Shown piece after piece: positions 1 to 9,564 of a DNA stretch of 59,678 nt. Below the pieces are notes generated by a model. That model did not search any database and was not told where the DNA came from. It worked only from the letters and a program-made list of their open reading frames with translations. Source of the DNA: an uncultured Spirochaetaceae bacterium (GTDB taxonomy: Bacteria > Myxococcota_A > UBA9160 > UBA4427); contig CAYWGW010000003.1 in assembly GCA_964457385.1 (NCBI GenBank), positions 1,124 to 60,801 on the forward strand. Direction: 5' to 3'. A program made the position numbers and the translations under genes. Position 1 is the first letter of the stretch; every line of letters begins with the position of its first letter.

Positions 1-1542
1 CAGCGACAGACGTGCGATCTCGCCGCGATCGGCGCGGTGGCGAGTCTCGAGCGAGGGCGTCGCCGAGCCCAGGATCAGCGGGCAGGCGGCCTGGTGGGCG
101 ATCCGCTCGGCCAGCTCCCGGGTGTGATAGCGGAAGCCCTCGTCGTTCTTGTAGGCGCCGTCGTGCTCCTCGTCGATCACGATCAGGCCGAGTGACTCGA
201 GCGGGGCGAAGAGGGCGCTGCGGGCGCCGATCGCGATCGCGGTCTGTCCCGTTCGCAGCCGCTCCCATTGGGCGAGGCGCTCGCCGGGCTTGAGGCCGCT
301 GTGCAGGATCGCGACCTGATCGCCGAAGCGGGCGCGCACGCGGGCCACGATCTGGTGGGTGAGGGTGATCTCGGGAACCAGCACCAGCGCCTGGCGTCCG
401 GCGGCGCGGGTCTCGGCGAGGGCGCGCAGGTAGACCTCGGTCTTGCCGCTGCCGGTGACCCCGTGCAGCAGGAAGGTCTCGGCCACCTGACGCTTGATGG
501 CGTCGCGGATCGGGCGCAGGGCGAGGGTCTGATCCTCCGTGAGCTCGACCGCGTCGCCGCCGTCGAGGAAGTCGTTCGGGGTCTCGAGCCGCGGCCGCTG
601 CTCGAAGACGACGAGCCTCCGCCGGTCGAGGGCGCGCAGCAGGGACGCCGCGCCCGGGTCGCCGCGGGTGAGCGCTCGGGTCGGGAGACCCTCTGCGGTG
701 GCGGCGATCCGACGCAGCAGCGCGGCCTGCTTATCGGCCCGGGCGAGCAGACGATCACAGGCATCGCGCAGGTCGAGGCCGGACGCGAGCCGCACGAAGC
801 GTTCGTGCGGGATCCGCGCGCGCGGTCCCCGTTGCTCGATCCGGCGCTCGACCAGGCCGTCCCGGGCGAGACTCGCCAGCCGGGCGTCGACGTCGACCCG
901 GGGAAAGGCGCGCGCCAGCGCGGCCCGGGTCGCGGGTCGCGCGGCGAGATGCTCGAGCAGCGGTCGTCCCTCGCCGCCCAGGGCGTGGGCCGCCATGGCG
1001 CGCTGGGCGAGGGCGCGCTCGCCGCGAAGCGTGAGCGCCCAGGGCCGGGCCACCCGCGGAGCGGAGCCGGGGGGCAGCGCATGGGCCAGCGCCAATCCGA
1101 TCGGACAGAAGATCTCCCGCGCCGCATCGCCTAGGATTCGCATCATCGCTTCGGAGACGACGGGCTCCTCGTCCACCACGGCCTCGATCTCGGCCAGCTC
1201 CCGGGGCGCACGGGCGGGAGCAGGGCGCGCTGCGGTGGCATTGCGTGGGCACGCTGCGTCGGCGGCCGTCCCAGCGTCGGCGGCCGCTCCCGGCGCCGCC
1301 TCCTCCCCGGCCGTCGAGAGGTCGTTGGGCACGACGAGGCCCGTCAGCGGCTGGCCGCCGAAGGGCACGCGCACACGCATCCCTGGCGCGACCGCGAGCG
1401 GCTCTCGGGTGGGGAGCCGATCTGGGAGTCGATAGTCGAAGAGTCGATCGATGGGGACGGGCAGGGCGATCCGGATGATGCGCGCAGCTTCCTCGTCGTC
1501 GCCGGAGAGCGGCGGCAGACCATCGAAGAGGGGGCTGGACAT
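1..1542 (-). CDS. priA: Primosomal replication protein N' (PriA helicase). N-terminal ~514 aa only; the C-terminus lies beyond the window edge.
   Basis: The minus-strand frame is open to position 1, so it has no in-window stop and is absent from the ORF track. Translation from the ATG (complement of 1540-1542) gives MSSPLFDGLPPLSGDD...RIIRIALPVPIDRLFDYRLP. It also gives Walker A 'FLLHGVTGSGKTEVYL' and DExH box 'LIVIDEEHDGAYKNDEGFRYHTRELA', which are typical of PriA. Confidence 0.9.
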   Translation of the reverse strand, partial: MSSPLFDGLPPLSGDDEEAARIIRIALPVPIDRLFDYRLPDRLPTREPLAVAPGMRVRVPFGGQPLTGLVVPNDLSTAGEEAAPGAAADAGTAADAACPRNATAARPAPARAPRELAEIEAVVDEEPVVSEAMMRILGDAAREIFCPIGLALAHALPPGSAPRVARPWALTLRGERALAQRAMAAHALGGEGRPLLEHLAARPATRAALARAFPRVDVDARLASLARDGLVERRIEQRGPRARIPHERFVRLASGLDLRDACDRLLARADKQAALLRRIAATAEGLPTRALTRGDPGAASLLRALDRRRLVVFEQRPRLETPNDFLDGGDAVELTEDQTLALRPIRDAIKRQVAETFLLHGVTGSGKTEVYLRALAETRAAGRQALVLVPEITLTHQIVARVRARFGDQVAILHSGLKPGERLAQWERLRTGQTAIAIGARSALFAPLESLGLIVIDEEHDGAYKNDEGFRYHTRELAERIAHQAACPLILGSATPSLETRHRADRGEIARLSL

Positions 1543-2347
1543 GACGAGATCCTATGCACGCGCCGCGGTCGGGGAAAGAGCGCGCGTGCGCGTCGAGGAC
1601 GAGGGCGGCACCCGCACCCTGGTGGTCGACGAGACCTTCGCATCCTTCTATCGCCCGGGAGAGGTCGCAACCCGCTGTGTCTGGGACGCGATCGCGGCGC
1701 CGCTCCTGTGGCTGCCCCCGGCGCGGCGACGCCGGATCCTGATCCTCGGGTTGGGGGGCGGCTCGGTGGCACGGCTGGCCCGAGCGCTGGCGCCCGAGGC
1801 GGAGATCGTCGGGGTGGAGCTCGATCGGGAGGTCGTGCGATTGGCGCGGGCCCGGCTCGAGCTCGACGCTCTCGACCTGCGGGTCGAAATCGCCGACGCC
1901 CTGGCCTTTCTCGAGCACGATCTCGGGCAGGATCGCGGTCGCTACGACGCGATCCTGGAGGACGTTTTCGTGGGTCACGGCGACGCGGTCCACAAGCCGG
2001 ACTGGCTTCCGGAGCCGGGGCATGCCCTGGCGCGGCGTCGGCTGGCGCGCGGCGGTCTGCTCGTGAGCAACACCCTCGACGAGCACGCCCGGGTCTCCCG
2101 CGCGCTCTGGGCGCACTTCCCGGCACAGGTCTCGATCGAGGTCGAGGAGTACGACAATCAGGTGCTCGTCGGTGCCCCGGCCGGTCTGACCGGGGCCGCC
2201 TTGCGGGAGCGGGTCGCGCGGGATCCGGTGCTGCGGGACAGTCTGCCCCTGCTCTCGTTCCGGACCCGACCGGCTCCTCGGAGCGACGAGATCCGGCGGA
2301 TCCGGCGGCCGAGCCGAGGGGACCGCACTCCCGCTCCCGGCCGCTGA
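1541..2347 (+). CDS. Class I SAM-dependent methyltransferase, spermidine-synthase-like fold
   Basis: This lies in ORF 1451..2347; I start it at ATG 1541 (MTRSYARAAVGE...). It has the Gly-rich SAM motif 'RILILGLGGGSVAR', then 'IVGVELD' and 'YDAILEDVF', the layout of PABS-type methyltransferases. The start is uncertain because it abuts the priA start. Confidence 0.65.
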   Translation: MTRSYARAAVGERARVRVEDEGGTRTLVVDETFASFYRPGEVATRCVWDAIAAPLLWLPPARRRRILILGLGGGSVARLARALAPEAEIVGVELDREVVRLARARLELDALDLRVEIADALAFLEHDLGQDRGRYDAILEDVFVGHGDAVHKPDWLPEPGHALARRRLARGGLLVSNTLDEHARVSRALWAHFPAQVSIEVEEYDNQVLVGAPAGLTGAALRERVARDPVLRDSLPLLSFRTRPAPRSDEIRRIRRPSRGDRTPAPGR

Positions 2348-2400
2348 AATCGCCCTGGAGTCCGCTCTCGGGGCTCAAGGCAGCTTCTGGTCCACCGATG

Positions 2401-2427
2401 TATAATTAATCGAACGTTCGATTAATT
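2401..2427 (+). promoter_or_regulatory. Perfect TATAAT -10 box (2401-2406) overlapped by a perfect 24-bp palindrome (2404-2427). Probable TetR operator of the efflux operon.
   Basis: AATTAATCGAACGTTCGATTAATT is its own reverse complement. It is an AT-rich island in GC-rich DNA, 34 bp upstream of the TetR start at 2461. Confidence 0.6.
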
Positions 2428-2460
2428 CGAGCTGCGATCCAGTGGGAGTGCGAAAGCGCC

Positions 2461-3237
2461 ATGCCGGGCCTGCCCGCGAAAGAAGCCCGCCTCCGCCGTC
2501 CGGGCCGCCCGCGTCTCGAGGAGAGCGAAGGTGCCGAGGTCCGCGAGCGTCTGATCGACGCCGCGACCGCGCTCGCCGTCGAGTGCGGCTTCGACGCCTG
2601 CGGACTGCGGGAGATCGCCGCCCGCGCCGAGGTGAGTCCCGGCATGATCGCCTACTACTTCGGCGACCGGGAAGGCCTGCACGAGGCCATGTTCGAGCGG
2701 GCCTTCGAGCGTGTGACTGAGCAGGTCCGCGCGCTGCTGGAGCCGGGAACGGAGCATCAGCCAGACGAGCTGGCCGAGCCGGACGCTAAGCCGGAGGCGG
2801 CCCGCCTGTCCGCCCCCATGTCCGGCGCGGGGGATCGGCTCGACGAGCTGATCCGGATTCACGCGAAGGCGCTGGCCGCAGATCCCTGGCTGCCGAAGCT
2901 GATCGCCCGGGACATCCTGTTTGCGGGGGATACCGGAATGCGGGAGCGGGCGGCCGAGCGGCTCCGCCGCGGCCCGGTCCCGATCATCGTGCGCTGGATC
3001 GAGGAGGAGCAGGCCCGCGGCCGGCTGCGCGTGGATCTCGATGCCCGCTGGCTCGCGATCTCGATCGCGAGCCTCACCGCCTTTCCGTTCCTCGCGCTGC
3101 CGGTCGTGGGCGACGGGCTGGGCATCGAGCTGGACGGGGAGGGCGTGCTGCGACTGATCGAGCACAACCGGCAGCTGCTGGATCGGGGCGTTCGGGCGGA
3201 TCCGGACCCGCCCGCCGATGGGGGGCCGCGTCGATGA
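2461..3237 (+). CDS. TetR/AcrR family transcriptional regulator
   Basis: The N-terminal HTH reads 'RERLIDAATALAVECGFDACGLREIAARAEVSPGMIAYYFGDREGL'. The stop overlaps the next start (ATGA at 3234-3237). Confidence 0.9.
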   Translation: MPGLPAKEARLRRPGRPRLEESEGAEVRERLIDAATALAVECGFDACGLREIAARAEVSPGMIAYYFGDREGLHEAMFERAFERVTEQVRALLEPGTEHQPDELAEPDAKPEAARLSAPMSGAGDRLDELIRIHAKALAADPWLPKLIARDILFAGDTGMRERAAERLRRGPVPIIVRWIEEEQARGRLRVDLDARWLAISIASLTAFPFLALPVVGDGLGIELDGEGVLRLIEHNRQLLDRGVRADPDPPADGGPRR

Positions 3238-4481
3238 GCCGCGTGGGACGTGGAACGGCGGGACGGGTCCTCGGGATGCTCGCGGCGCTGGCGCTCTTCG
3301 GGGCGCCCCTCGGCTGCGGCGGCTCGGAGGCGGAGTCGACCGGCGCGCGCGATCTCGCGCTGGTCGCCGCTCCAGAAGCCCTCTTGCGCGTGCGGACCGA
3401 GCCCGTCCGGCGCGCGCGGTTGTCGGATCTCGAGCGCGTGACCGGGACCGTGCGCGCATTCCACCGCGCGAGTCTGACCGCCGAGACGACGGGACGCGTC
3501 GAGGACCGACTCGTGGAGGCCGGGGCTGCGGTCGAGAAGGACGACCCGATCCTCGAGCTCGAGTCCTCGCGACAGGAGCTCGAGCTGCGACGAGCCGTCG
3601 CCTCGGTCGAGGCGGCCGAGACGGTGCTGGCCCATGCGGAGCGAGAGCTGGCCCGTGGCGAGCGACTGATCCGCCAATCCGTCCTCAGCGAGCAGCGGCG
3701 CGACGAGCTGCAGCACGCCGTCGATCGCGCTCGCGACGATCTCGCGCTGGCCCGGGTCGCGCGGGACGCGGCCCAACGCGATCTGGAGGATACGCGGATC
3801 CGGGCGCCCTTCGCCGGGCGGGTCGACTCGATCGCCGTCGATGTCGGCGACTACGTCGTGCCAGGGACGTCGGTGGCGACGCTCGTCGACCTCTCCCGCG
3901 TCCGTATCTTCGCCGGGGTCACGGCGGATGAAGCGAACCGCCTCGTCCCCGGACTGAGCGCGCAGGTCCACTTCGCGGCGCTCGGGGGGCAGAGCTTCGA
4001 AGCGACCCTCGTGAGTGTCGGGCGCGTCGCAAACGCTTCCGACGGAACCTATTCGATCGAGCTCTGGCTGGAGGATGCGAAAGGCCTGATGCGGGATGGA
4101 CTCGTCGCGCGGATCGACCTGCCCGATCCGAATCAGGAGGACGTGCTGATGGCGCCGCGCGCCGCACTCCTCCGTCGCGACGGTCGCTCCGAGGCCTTCG
4201 TCGTGCAGACCGAGAAGGGGAGAAGTGTGGCCCGATCCCGCGAAGTCCGGACCGGCCGCAACGACGGACAGTGGATCGAGATCCTCGCGGGCCTCGAGGA
4301 CGGAGACGAGGTCGTCGTCGACGGTCAGTTCGCTCTCGAGGACGGCTCGCGGGTCGTGGTCGATGGCGACCTGTCGCCGGTGGAGCGCTCGTCGGCATCG
4401 GCCTCGCCGTCGGCATCGGCAGAGCCTGTCGCGACGTCGTCGCGGGCACGTCCCCGCCGCTCTGCGGCCGACGGGGAGTAG
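3234..4481 (+). CDS. RND efflux periplasmic adaptor (membrane fusion protein, HlyD family)
   Basis: A lipoprotein-like signal is present ('LAALALFGAPLGCGG'). A coiled-coil hairpin follows ('ELELRRAVASVEAAETVLAHAERELARGERL'), then 'TRIRAPFAGRVDSIAVDVGDYV' and the beta-barrel and membrane-proximal domain segments. Confidence 0.9.
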   Translation: MSRVGRGTAGRVLGMLAALALFGAPLGCGGSEAESTGARDLALVAAPEALLRVRTEPVRRARLSDLERVTGTVRAFHRASLTAETTGRVEDRLVEAGAAVEKDDPILELESSRQELELRRAVASVEAAETVLAHAERELARGERLIRQSVLSEQRRDELQHAVDRARDDLALARVARDAAQRDLEDTRIRAPFAGRVDSIAVDVGDYVVPGTSVATLVDLSRVRIFAGVTADEANRLVPGLSAQVHFAALGGQSFEATLVSVGRVANASDGTYSIELWLEDAKGLMRDGLVARIDLPDPNQEDVLMAPRAALLRRDGRSEAFVVQTEKGRSVARSREVRTGRNDGQWIEILAGLEDGDEVVVDGQFALEDGSRVVVDGDLSPVERSSASASPSASAEPVATSSRARPRRSAADGE

Positions 4482-4487
4482 CGCGTC

Positions 4488-7400
4488 TTGGAGCGGATCG
4501 TCCGCTTCTTCGTCGAGCGGCATCTGCTCGTGAACGTGCTCACCCTGGCCGTGGTGGTGCTCGGGGTCGGGACGCTGCTGCGCGCGAAGGTCGAGGGCTT
4601 TCCAGAGGCGACGCTTCCGCGCTTCATCGTCACGGCGACCCTGCCCGGAGCGTCGGCGCGGGACGTCGAGACGAAGCTCACGATTCCGATCGAGGACGAG
4701 CTCCGCGACATCGACGGTCTCGAGAGCTTCACGACGGTCATTACGGACAACCGCAGTGTGACCGAGATCGAGCTCGACGACGATACGCCGGACGAGGACA
4801 TCCTCGCCAAGGAACGCGACATCCGGAACGCGATCGACTCGATCAACGATTTTCCGGAGGAGATGCGCGACTCGCCGACGGTATTCCTGCTCGACCCTTC
4901 GAAGCAGCCCATCCTCGAGATCGCGATCTCGGGAGCGAAGGCGCGGCTGCCGGGGGCCGCAAGGGCGATCGAGCGGGCCGTGCTCCGGGCCGAGGGTGTG
5001 GGCGAGGTGAGACTGGTCGGGCTGCCGGACCCCGAGCTGCGGGTGCTGGTCGACCCGGCGGCGAGTCGGGCGCATGGCGTGACGCTGCTCGAGATCGTGG
5101 ACGCGATCGAGCGTCGCAACGTTTCGGAGACGGGGGGTGTTCTCGAGAGCGCCGAGGCCCGCCGTCAGGTCGTGATGTGGGGACGCTTCGAGGATCCCTT
5201 CGCGGTCGGGGGCGTGATCCTGCGCTTCCAGGACGAGGGACCGCTGCGGGTCCGCGACGTCGCGCGTCTGGAGCTCGACCGCGAGGACGTGGGGCTGCTC
5301 GCCGGGACGAACGGCGAGCCGGGCATCTCGGTGATCGCCGTGAAGAAGGCGGACGCCGATACGATCCGTACCCGGGAGGCGATCGGTCGGGCCCTGGCGA
5401 GCGTCGAGCTTCCGCCCGGCGTGAAGACTGCCATCGTCAACGATCGCTCCTTCGAGATGAGCAACCGATTGGAGGTGATCGCGAGCAACGGCCTGATGGG
5501 TATCGTGCTGGTCGCGGGCATCGTCTTCCTCTTCTTGGCGCCTTCGGCGGCGATCTGGGTCTGTGTCGGCGTCCCGATCGTCATTCTCGGCGTCGTGGCC
5601 GTGATGCCCCTGGTCGGGATGACGATCAATTTCGTCTCGACCATCGCCTTCGTGATCGTGCTCGGCATGCTGGTCGACGATGCGGTCGTCGTCGCCGAGA
5701 AGATCCTGCTCCGGAGACAGGACGGGCTTCCCCCGGCCGAGGCGGCGATTGCCGGCACGATGACGGTGGCGCGGCCGGTCTTTGCCTCGGCGGTGACGAC
5801 CCTGCTCGCCTTCGCGCCGATGCTCGCGATCGGAGGGATGCCCGCCAAGATCATCTGGCAGATCCCGGCCGTGGTCTCCATCGCCCTGGTGTTGTCGCTC
5901 ATCGAATCCTTCGTGATGTTGCCGCCGCATATGTCGATGGTGCGCGGGGACGCGTCGCCCCGGCCGAAGCGGGCCTTCGTGCTGCGACTCGAAGATCTCT
6001 ACCGCCGTGCGCTGCGGCTCCTCCTTCCCCATCGTGGCAAGGTCATCGCGTTTTTCGCGCTCGTCTTCGTCTCGATCACGCTGCTGATCGTGCCGCGCAT
6101 GGAGTTCGAGTTCTTTCCCCAGGAGTCGTCACGGGGCTTCTCGATCAAGGTCACGCTCCCGCCCGGAACCCCGATCGAGCAGACCCAGGCGGTGGTCGAT
6201 GCGATCCAGATCCAGCTCCCGGGGCAGATGGGGGCGGATCTGCTGGCGGTCACCTCGCGGGTGGGTCATCAGGAGCCTCAGGCCTTCGATCGGGAGTACG
6301 GCTCCGCCGAGAACGAGGGGCTCGTGACGGCGCATCTGCGGCCCGACCAGAAAGAACGAAACTCCGCCGAGTGGATCGAGCATCTCCGTCCCCGTCTGAG
6401 GGTTCCGCTGGACGCGAAGGTCGTCTACGAAGCCGAGGTCGACGGCCCGCCGGGGCTGAATCCGGTGAAGATCTACGTCCTCTCCAACGACGACGTCCTG
6501 CGTCGGCAGACGGCGCTCGCCCTCGCCCAGTTCCTCGAAGGGATCGGGGGAGTCGTGGACATCAGTGTGGACGAACGTCCGGGCGTCCGGCAGATCGATC
6601 TCAATCCGGACGTCGAGGCGCTGGCCCGACGTGGGCTCGACGCGAAGGACCTCGGGCTCACGCTGAAAGCGGCCTTCTACGGGATCGTCGCCTCGGAGAT
6701 CCGCGATCTCGACGAGACCACCGAGATCCGGGTGATCTACGAGCCCGCCTCCCGCCGCTCCCTCGAGTCGCTGCTCGAGGCGCCGGTGCGCAATCGAAGC
6801 GGGGAGCTGGTGCTGCTGCGGGACGTGGTCGATCCGGTCGAGAGCCCGGCGCTCGCGGCGATCCGCCATCGCAACGGTCGACGGGTGGCGACGGTGACGG
6901 CGGGCCTCTCTCCCGACGGCGGTCATACGAGCACCACGATCGCGCAGCGGGTCGAGCGTGAGTTCATGCCGCTTCATGTGGGTCGGGAGGATCTCGAGAT
7001 CGAGCTCGGAGGTGAGGTGATCCAGTCGCGACGGGCGACCGGGGATCTGGGCTTCGTGGCGATCGTGGTCGTGCTCGGGATCGCGGCGGTGATCGCGATC
7101 ATGTTGGGATCGTTCCTCGAGGCCTTCTTCGTGGTCGCCGTCGTCCCCTTCGCGGCTCTCTTCGTGGCGCTCACCTTCTGGCTGCACGGGATGAACTTCT
7201 CGCTGCTGCCGCTGATCGGGACGATCGGTCTCGCGGGCGTCGTGGTGAACGCCTCGATCGTGATGGTCGATTCGGTGCATCAGGCACAGCAGAACGCCCG
7301 GGGTAGGCTGAGCGCAGAGCGAAGCGAGATCATGATCGAGGCGCTGGTGACGCGTCTTCGGCCGGTGCTCGTGACGAGTCTCTCGACCTTCGGAGGCGTG

Positions 7401-7586
7401 ATGCCGACGGCCTACGGCTTCGGGGGCTGGGATGCGGTGATGTCGCCGATGTCGCTGGCGTTGGGCTGGGGGCTCGCCTTCTCTTCAGGCGTGACGCTCT
7501 TCCTGGTTCCTGCGCTCTACGTGGCCGCGAACGACATCAATCGTCGGATCGATCGCTGGCGTCGGGGTGAGCGTCATGACGCCTGA
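4488..7586 (+). CDS. RND family efflux transporter permease (AcrB/AcrD/AcrF-type)
   Basis: 1032 aa, with a TTG start 7 nt after the adaptor stop. It has the duplicated 6-TM plus large periplasmic loop architecture. The N-terminus reads 'IVRFFVERHLLVNVLTLAVVVLG' and the TM4 region reads 'VIVLGMLVDDAVVVAE'. No outer-membrane factor gene follows. Confidence 0.93.
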   Translation: MERIVRFFVERHLLVNVLTLAVVVLGVGTLLRAKVEGFPEATLPRFIVTATLPGASARDVETKLTIPIEDELRDIDGLESFTTVITDNRSVTEIELDDDTPDEDILAKERDIRNAIDSINDFPEEMRDSPTVFLLDPSKQPILEIAISGAKARLPGAARAIERAVLRAEGVGEVRLVGLPDPELRVLVDPAASRAHGVTLLEIVDAIERRNVSETGGVLESAEARRQVVMWGRFEDPFAVGGVILRFQDEGPLRVRDVARLELDREDVGLLAGTNGEPGISVIAVKKADADTIRTREAIGRALASVELPPGVKTAIVNDRSFEMSNRLEVIASNGLMGIVLVAGIVFLFLAPSAAIWVCVGVPIVILGVVAVMPLVGMTINFVSTIAFVIVLGMLVDDAVVVAEKILLRRQDGLPPAEAAIAGTMTVARPVFASAVTTLLAFAPMLAIGGMPAKIIWQIPAVVSIALVLSLIESFVMLPPHMSMVRGDASPRPKRAFVLRLEDLYRRALRLLLPHRGKVIAFFALVFVSITLLIVPRMEFEFFPQESSRGFSIKVTLPPGTPIEQTQAVVDAIQIQLPGQMGADLLAVTSRVGHQEPQAFDREYGSAENEGLVTAHLRPDQKERNSAEWIEHLRPRLRVPLDAKVVYEAEVDGPPGLNPVKIYVLSNDDVLRRQTALALAQFLEGIGGVVDISVDERPGVRQIDLNPDVEALARRGLDAKDLGLTLKAAFYGIVASEIRDLDETTEIRVIYEPASRRSLESLLEAPVRNRSGELVLLRDVVDPVESPALAAIRHRNGRRVATVTAGLSPDGGHTSTTIAQRVEREFMPLHVGREDLEIELGGEVIQSRRATGDLGFVAIVVVLGIAAVIAIMLGSFLEAFFVVAVVPFAALFVALTFWLHGMNFSLLPLIGTIGLAGVVVNASIVMVDSVHQAQQNARGRLSAERSEIMIEALVTRLRPVLVTSLSTFGGVMPTAYGFGGWDAVMSPMSLALGWGLAFSSGVTLFLVPALYVAANDINRRIDRWRRGERHDA

Positions 7587-7633
7587 GCCGAGGTGCGTCC
7601 CGCGAGCGGGGCCCTGATCGGGGGGATGGGCTC

Positions 7634-8224
7634 TCAGCTGCCCATCTTCTTGAGATCGGCGAGGATGCCCTTGGCGACGGCCTTCAGGGTCTCGAAGACG
7701 CCCTGACCCGAGGCGGCGCAGGCCTCGAACTCCGGCACGCCGGTCGGATTCAGGAGCTTGCGAAGCTCCTCGAGCGAGGCGGCGTTCGGGAGGTCGCGCT
7801 TGTTGTACTGCATCACGTAGGGAATCTTGTCGAGCTCGTAGCCCTGCTCCTTCAGGTTGATCCGAAGGTTGTCGAGGCTCTCGGCGTTGGCCTCCATCCG
7901 CTCGATCTGGCTGTCCGCCACGAAGACCACGCCATCCACGCCCTTCAGGATCAGCTTGCGACTGGCGTCGTAGAAGACCTGACCAGGGACGGTGTAGAGA
8001 TGGAAGCGGGTCTTGAAGCCCCGGATCTCGCCGAGAGCGAGGGGCAGGAAGTCGAAGAAGAGCGTTCGTTCCGTCTCGGTCGCGAGAGAGATCATCTTCC
8101 CCTTCACGTCGGGGTTCGTCTTCTGGTAGATGTGCTGCAGGTTCGTCGTCTTCCCACACAGTCCGGGACCGTAGTAGACGATCTTGCAGTTGATCTCTCT
8201 CGAGCTGTAGTTGATGAACGACAT
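7634..8224 (-). CDS. mglA: Ras-like polarity/motility GTPase MglA
   Basis: 196 aa. '[29 protein letters not shown]...[33 protein letters not shown]...YNKRD' is nearly identical to my memory of Myxococcus xanthus MglA. Confidence 0.95.
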   Translation of the reverse strand: MSFINYSSREINCKIVYYGPGLCGKTTNLQHIYQKTNPDVKGKMISLATETERTLFFDFLPLALGEIRGFKTRFHLYTVPGQVFYDASRKLILKGVDGVVFVADSQIERMEANAESLDNLRINLKEQGYELDKIPYVMQYNKRDLPNAASLEELRKLLNPTGVPEFEACAASGQGVFETLKAVAKGILADLKKMGS

Positions 8225-8325
8225 ATTGGGTGCTCAGTCCGATCGGTCCGAGTGATTCGAAGGAGGTGGATCAGGTGGATCAGGTAGAGAGTTCGCTTGG
8301 GTCCATCTGCGTGTGAGTCTACGCT

Positions 8326-8820
8326 TCAGTCGGCGAAGAGGTTGTCGATGTCATCGTCCGTGATCTCCGAGAAGGGCGAGCCATGGTTCGCGGCCTCGCT
8401 CGCCGCCTTCTTCCGGATGTCCTCGAAGAGCCGGGCGAGCTCGCTGCCGGCCTTCTTCACGCGCAGGCGCACCAGGCCGAGGGAGCTGCGCTCGTCGAAG
8501 ATGACGACCAGGATCATGCGATCCCCCACGAGCGTCATGTGGAGGTTGTCGCGCTGGCCCTGATGGAAATGGATGGGGAACTCCTCTTCCCCCACGATCT
8601 TGGCGAGACCGCCGGTGGCGGCGACGCAGCCCGCGGTCAGCGAGGCCAGACTGGTGCTGTCGACGCCGTTCATCTCGCCGGCCTCACCGACCAGCTGCCC
8701 GGCCTTGTCGACGACGAAGACGCCCTTTGCGTTGGCGTCGCGGACCAGCCTACGAATGACGGCGAGGACCTTGTCAAAGTCCTCCTGCTGCATCACGAGC
8801 TGGGATTCGAGCATCGGCAT
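8326..8820 (-). CDS. mglB: Roadblock/LC7-domain GTPase-activating protein MglB
   Basis: 164 aa, directly upstream of mglA on the same strand. It reads 'VFVVDKAGQLVGEAG...SLASLTAGCVAATGGLAKIVG...NLHMTLVGDRMILVVIFD' and has an acidic tail. Confidence 0.9.
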   Translation of the reverse strand: MPMLESQLVMQQEDFDKVLAVIRRLVRDANAKGVFVVDKAGQLVGEAGEMNGVDSTSLASLTAGCVAATGGLAKIVGEEEFPIHFHQGQRDNLHMTLVGDRMILVVIFDERSSLGLVRLRVKKAGSELARLFEDIRKKAASEAANHGSPFSEITDDDIDNLFAD

Positions 8821-8963
8821 TGGCCTCTGTAAGCATCCGACGAACGGACGTTTTTGCCAGCTTACCCCGCTGCGGGGAAGGCCGGCAACCAGAACACTCC
8901 GCAGAGGGGCGCGCGGTGGTGGAGAACCGATCGGTTGGCTTCGTGCGGGGCTTTAGAAACCAT

Positions 8964-9563
8964 CTAGTCCAGTGCGCGGCGGTTCTCGATCGAGCGGCTC
9001 ACCGTGACGTGGTCGGCGTATTCGAGATCGCCGCCAAGGGGCATGCCGTAGGCGATGCGCGTGATCCGGAGGGGGGCGCTCCGCAGACGGCTCGCCAGGA
9101 AGTGGGCGGTGGCGTCGCCCTCCGCCGTCGGATTGGTGGCGAGGATGACCTCCTTGACGCCGGCCTCGCGGACCCGACGTTCGAGCTCCTCCACACGCAG
9201 CGTCTCGGGTCCCATGCCGTCGATCGGGGAGAGGGCGCCGCCGAGCACGTGGTAGAGGCCGCGGAAGCCCCCGCTGCGTTCGATGGCGGCCATGTCCGCC
9301 GGCTCCTCCACGACACAGACGAGGGTCCGGTCGCGATCGGGGTGGGCACAGACGGCGCAGGGCGTTCGATCGGCGAGGGTGAAGCACGTCTCACAGACGA
9401 CGGTGTCTCGCTGGACGCGAGCGATGGCCTCGGAAAGCTCCCGGGAGACTTCGGCCGACGCGCTCAGCAGGAAGTAGGCGAGGCGGTTCGCGGACTTCTC
9501 GCCGATTCCGGGCAGGCGCTTCAGGCTCTCGACGAGCCGGTCCATGGCAGGCGACGAGGCCAT
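8964..9563 (-). CDS. recR: Recombination protein RecR
   Basis: 'LKRLPGIGEKSANRLAYFLL' is the HhH motif, 'CETCFTLADRTPCAVC' is the Zn finger, and a Toprim segment follows ('LVCVVEEPADMAAIERSGGFRGLYHVLGG'). I start at MASSPAMD (9563), 1 nt after the ybaB stop; the longer ORF to 9635 would overlap ybaB. Confidence 0.92.
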   Translation of the reverse strand: MASSPAMDRLVESLKRLPGIGEKSANRLAYFLLSASAEVSRELSEAIARVQRDTVVCETCFTLADRTPCAVCAHPDRDRTLVCVVEEPADMAAIERSGGFRGLYHVLGGALSPIDGMGPETLRVEELERRVREAGVKEVILATNPTAEGDATAHFLASRLRSAPLRITRIAYGMPLGGDLEYADHVTVSRSIENRRALD

Positions 9564-9564
9564 C

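Noticed and set aside
2859-6032. 1057-aa minus-strand ORF, and similar very long ORFs antisense to real genes: 55569..58046 +, 52494..54347 +, 19946..21757 -, 42287..44002 -, 46736..48172 -.
   Set aside because: These ORFs are extremely Arg/Pro/Gly/Asp-rich with no recognisable motifs. Each lies opposite a gene with strong family signatures. Stop-codon depletion in ~70% GC DNA produces such shadow ORFs.
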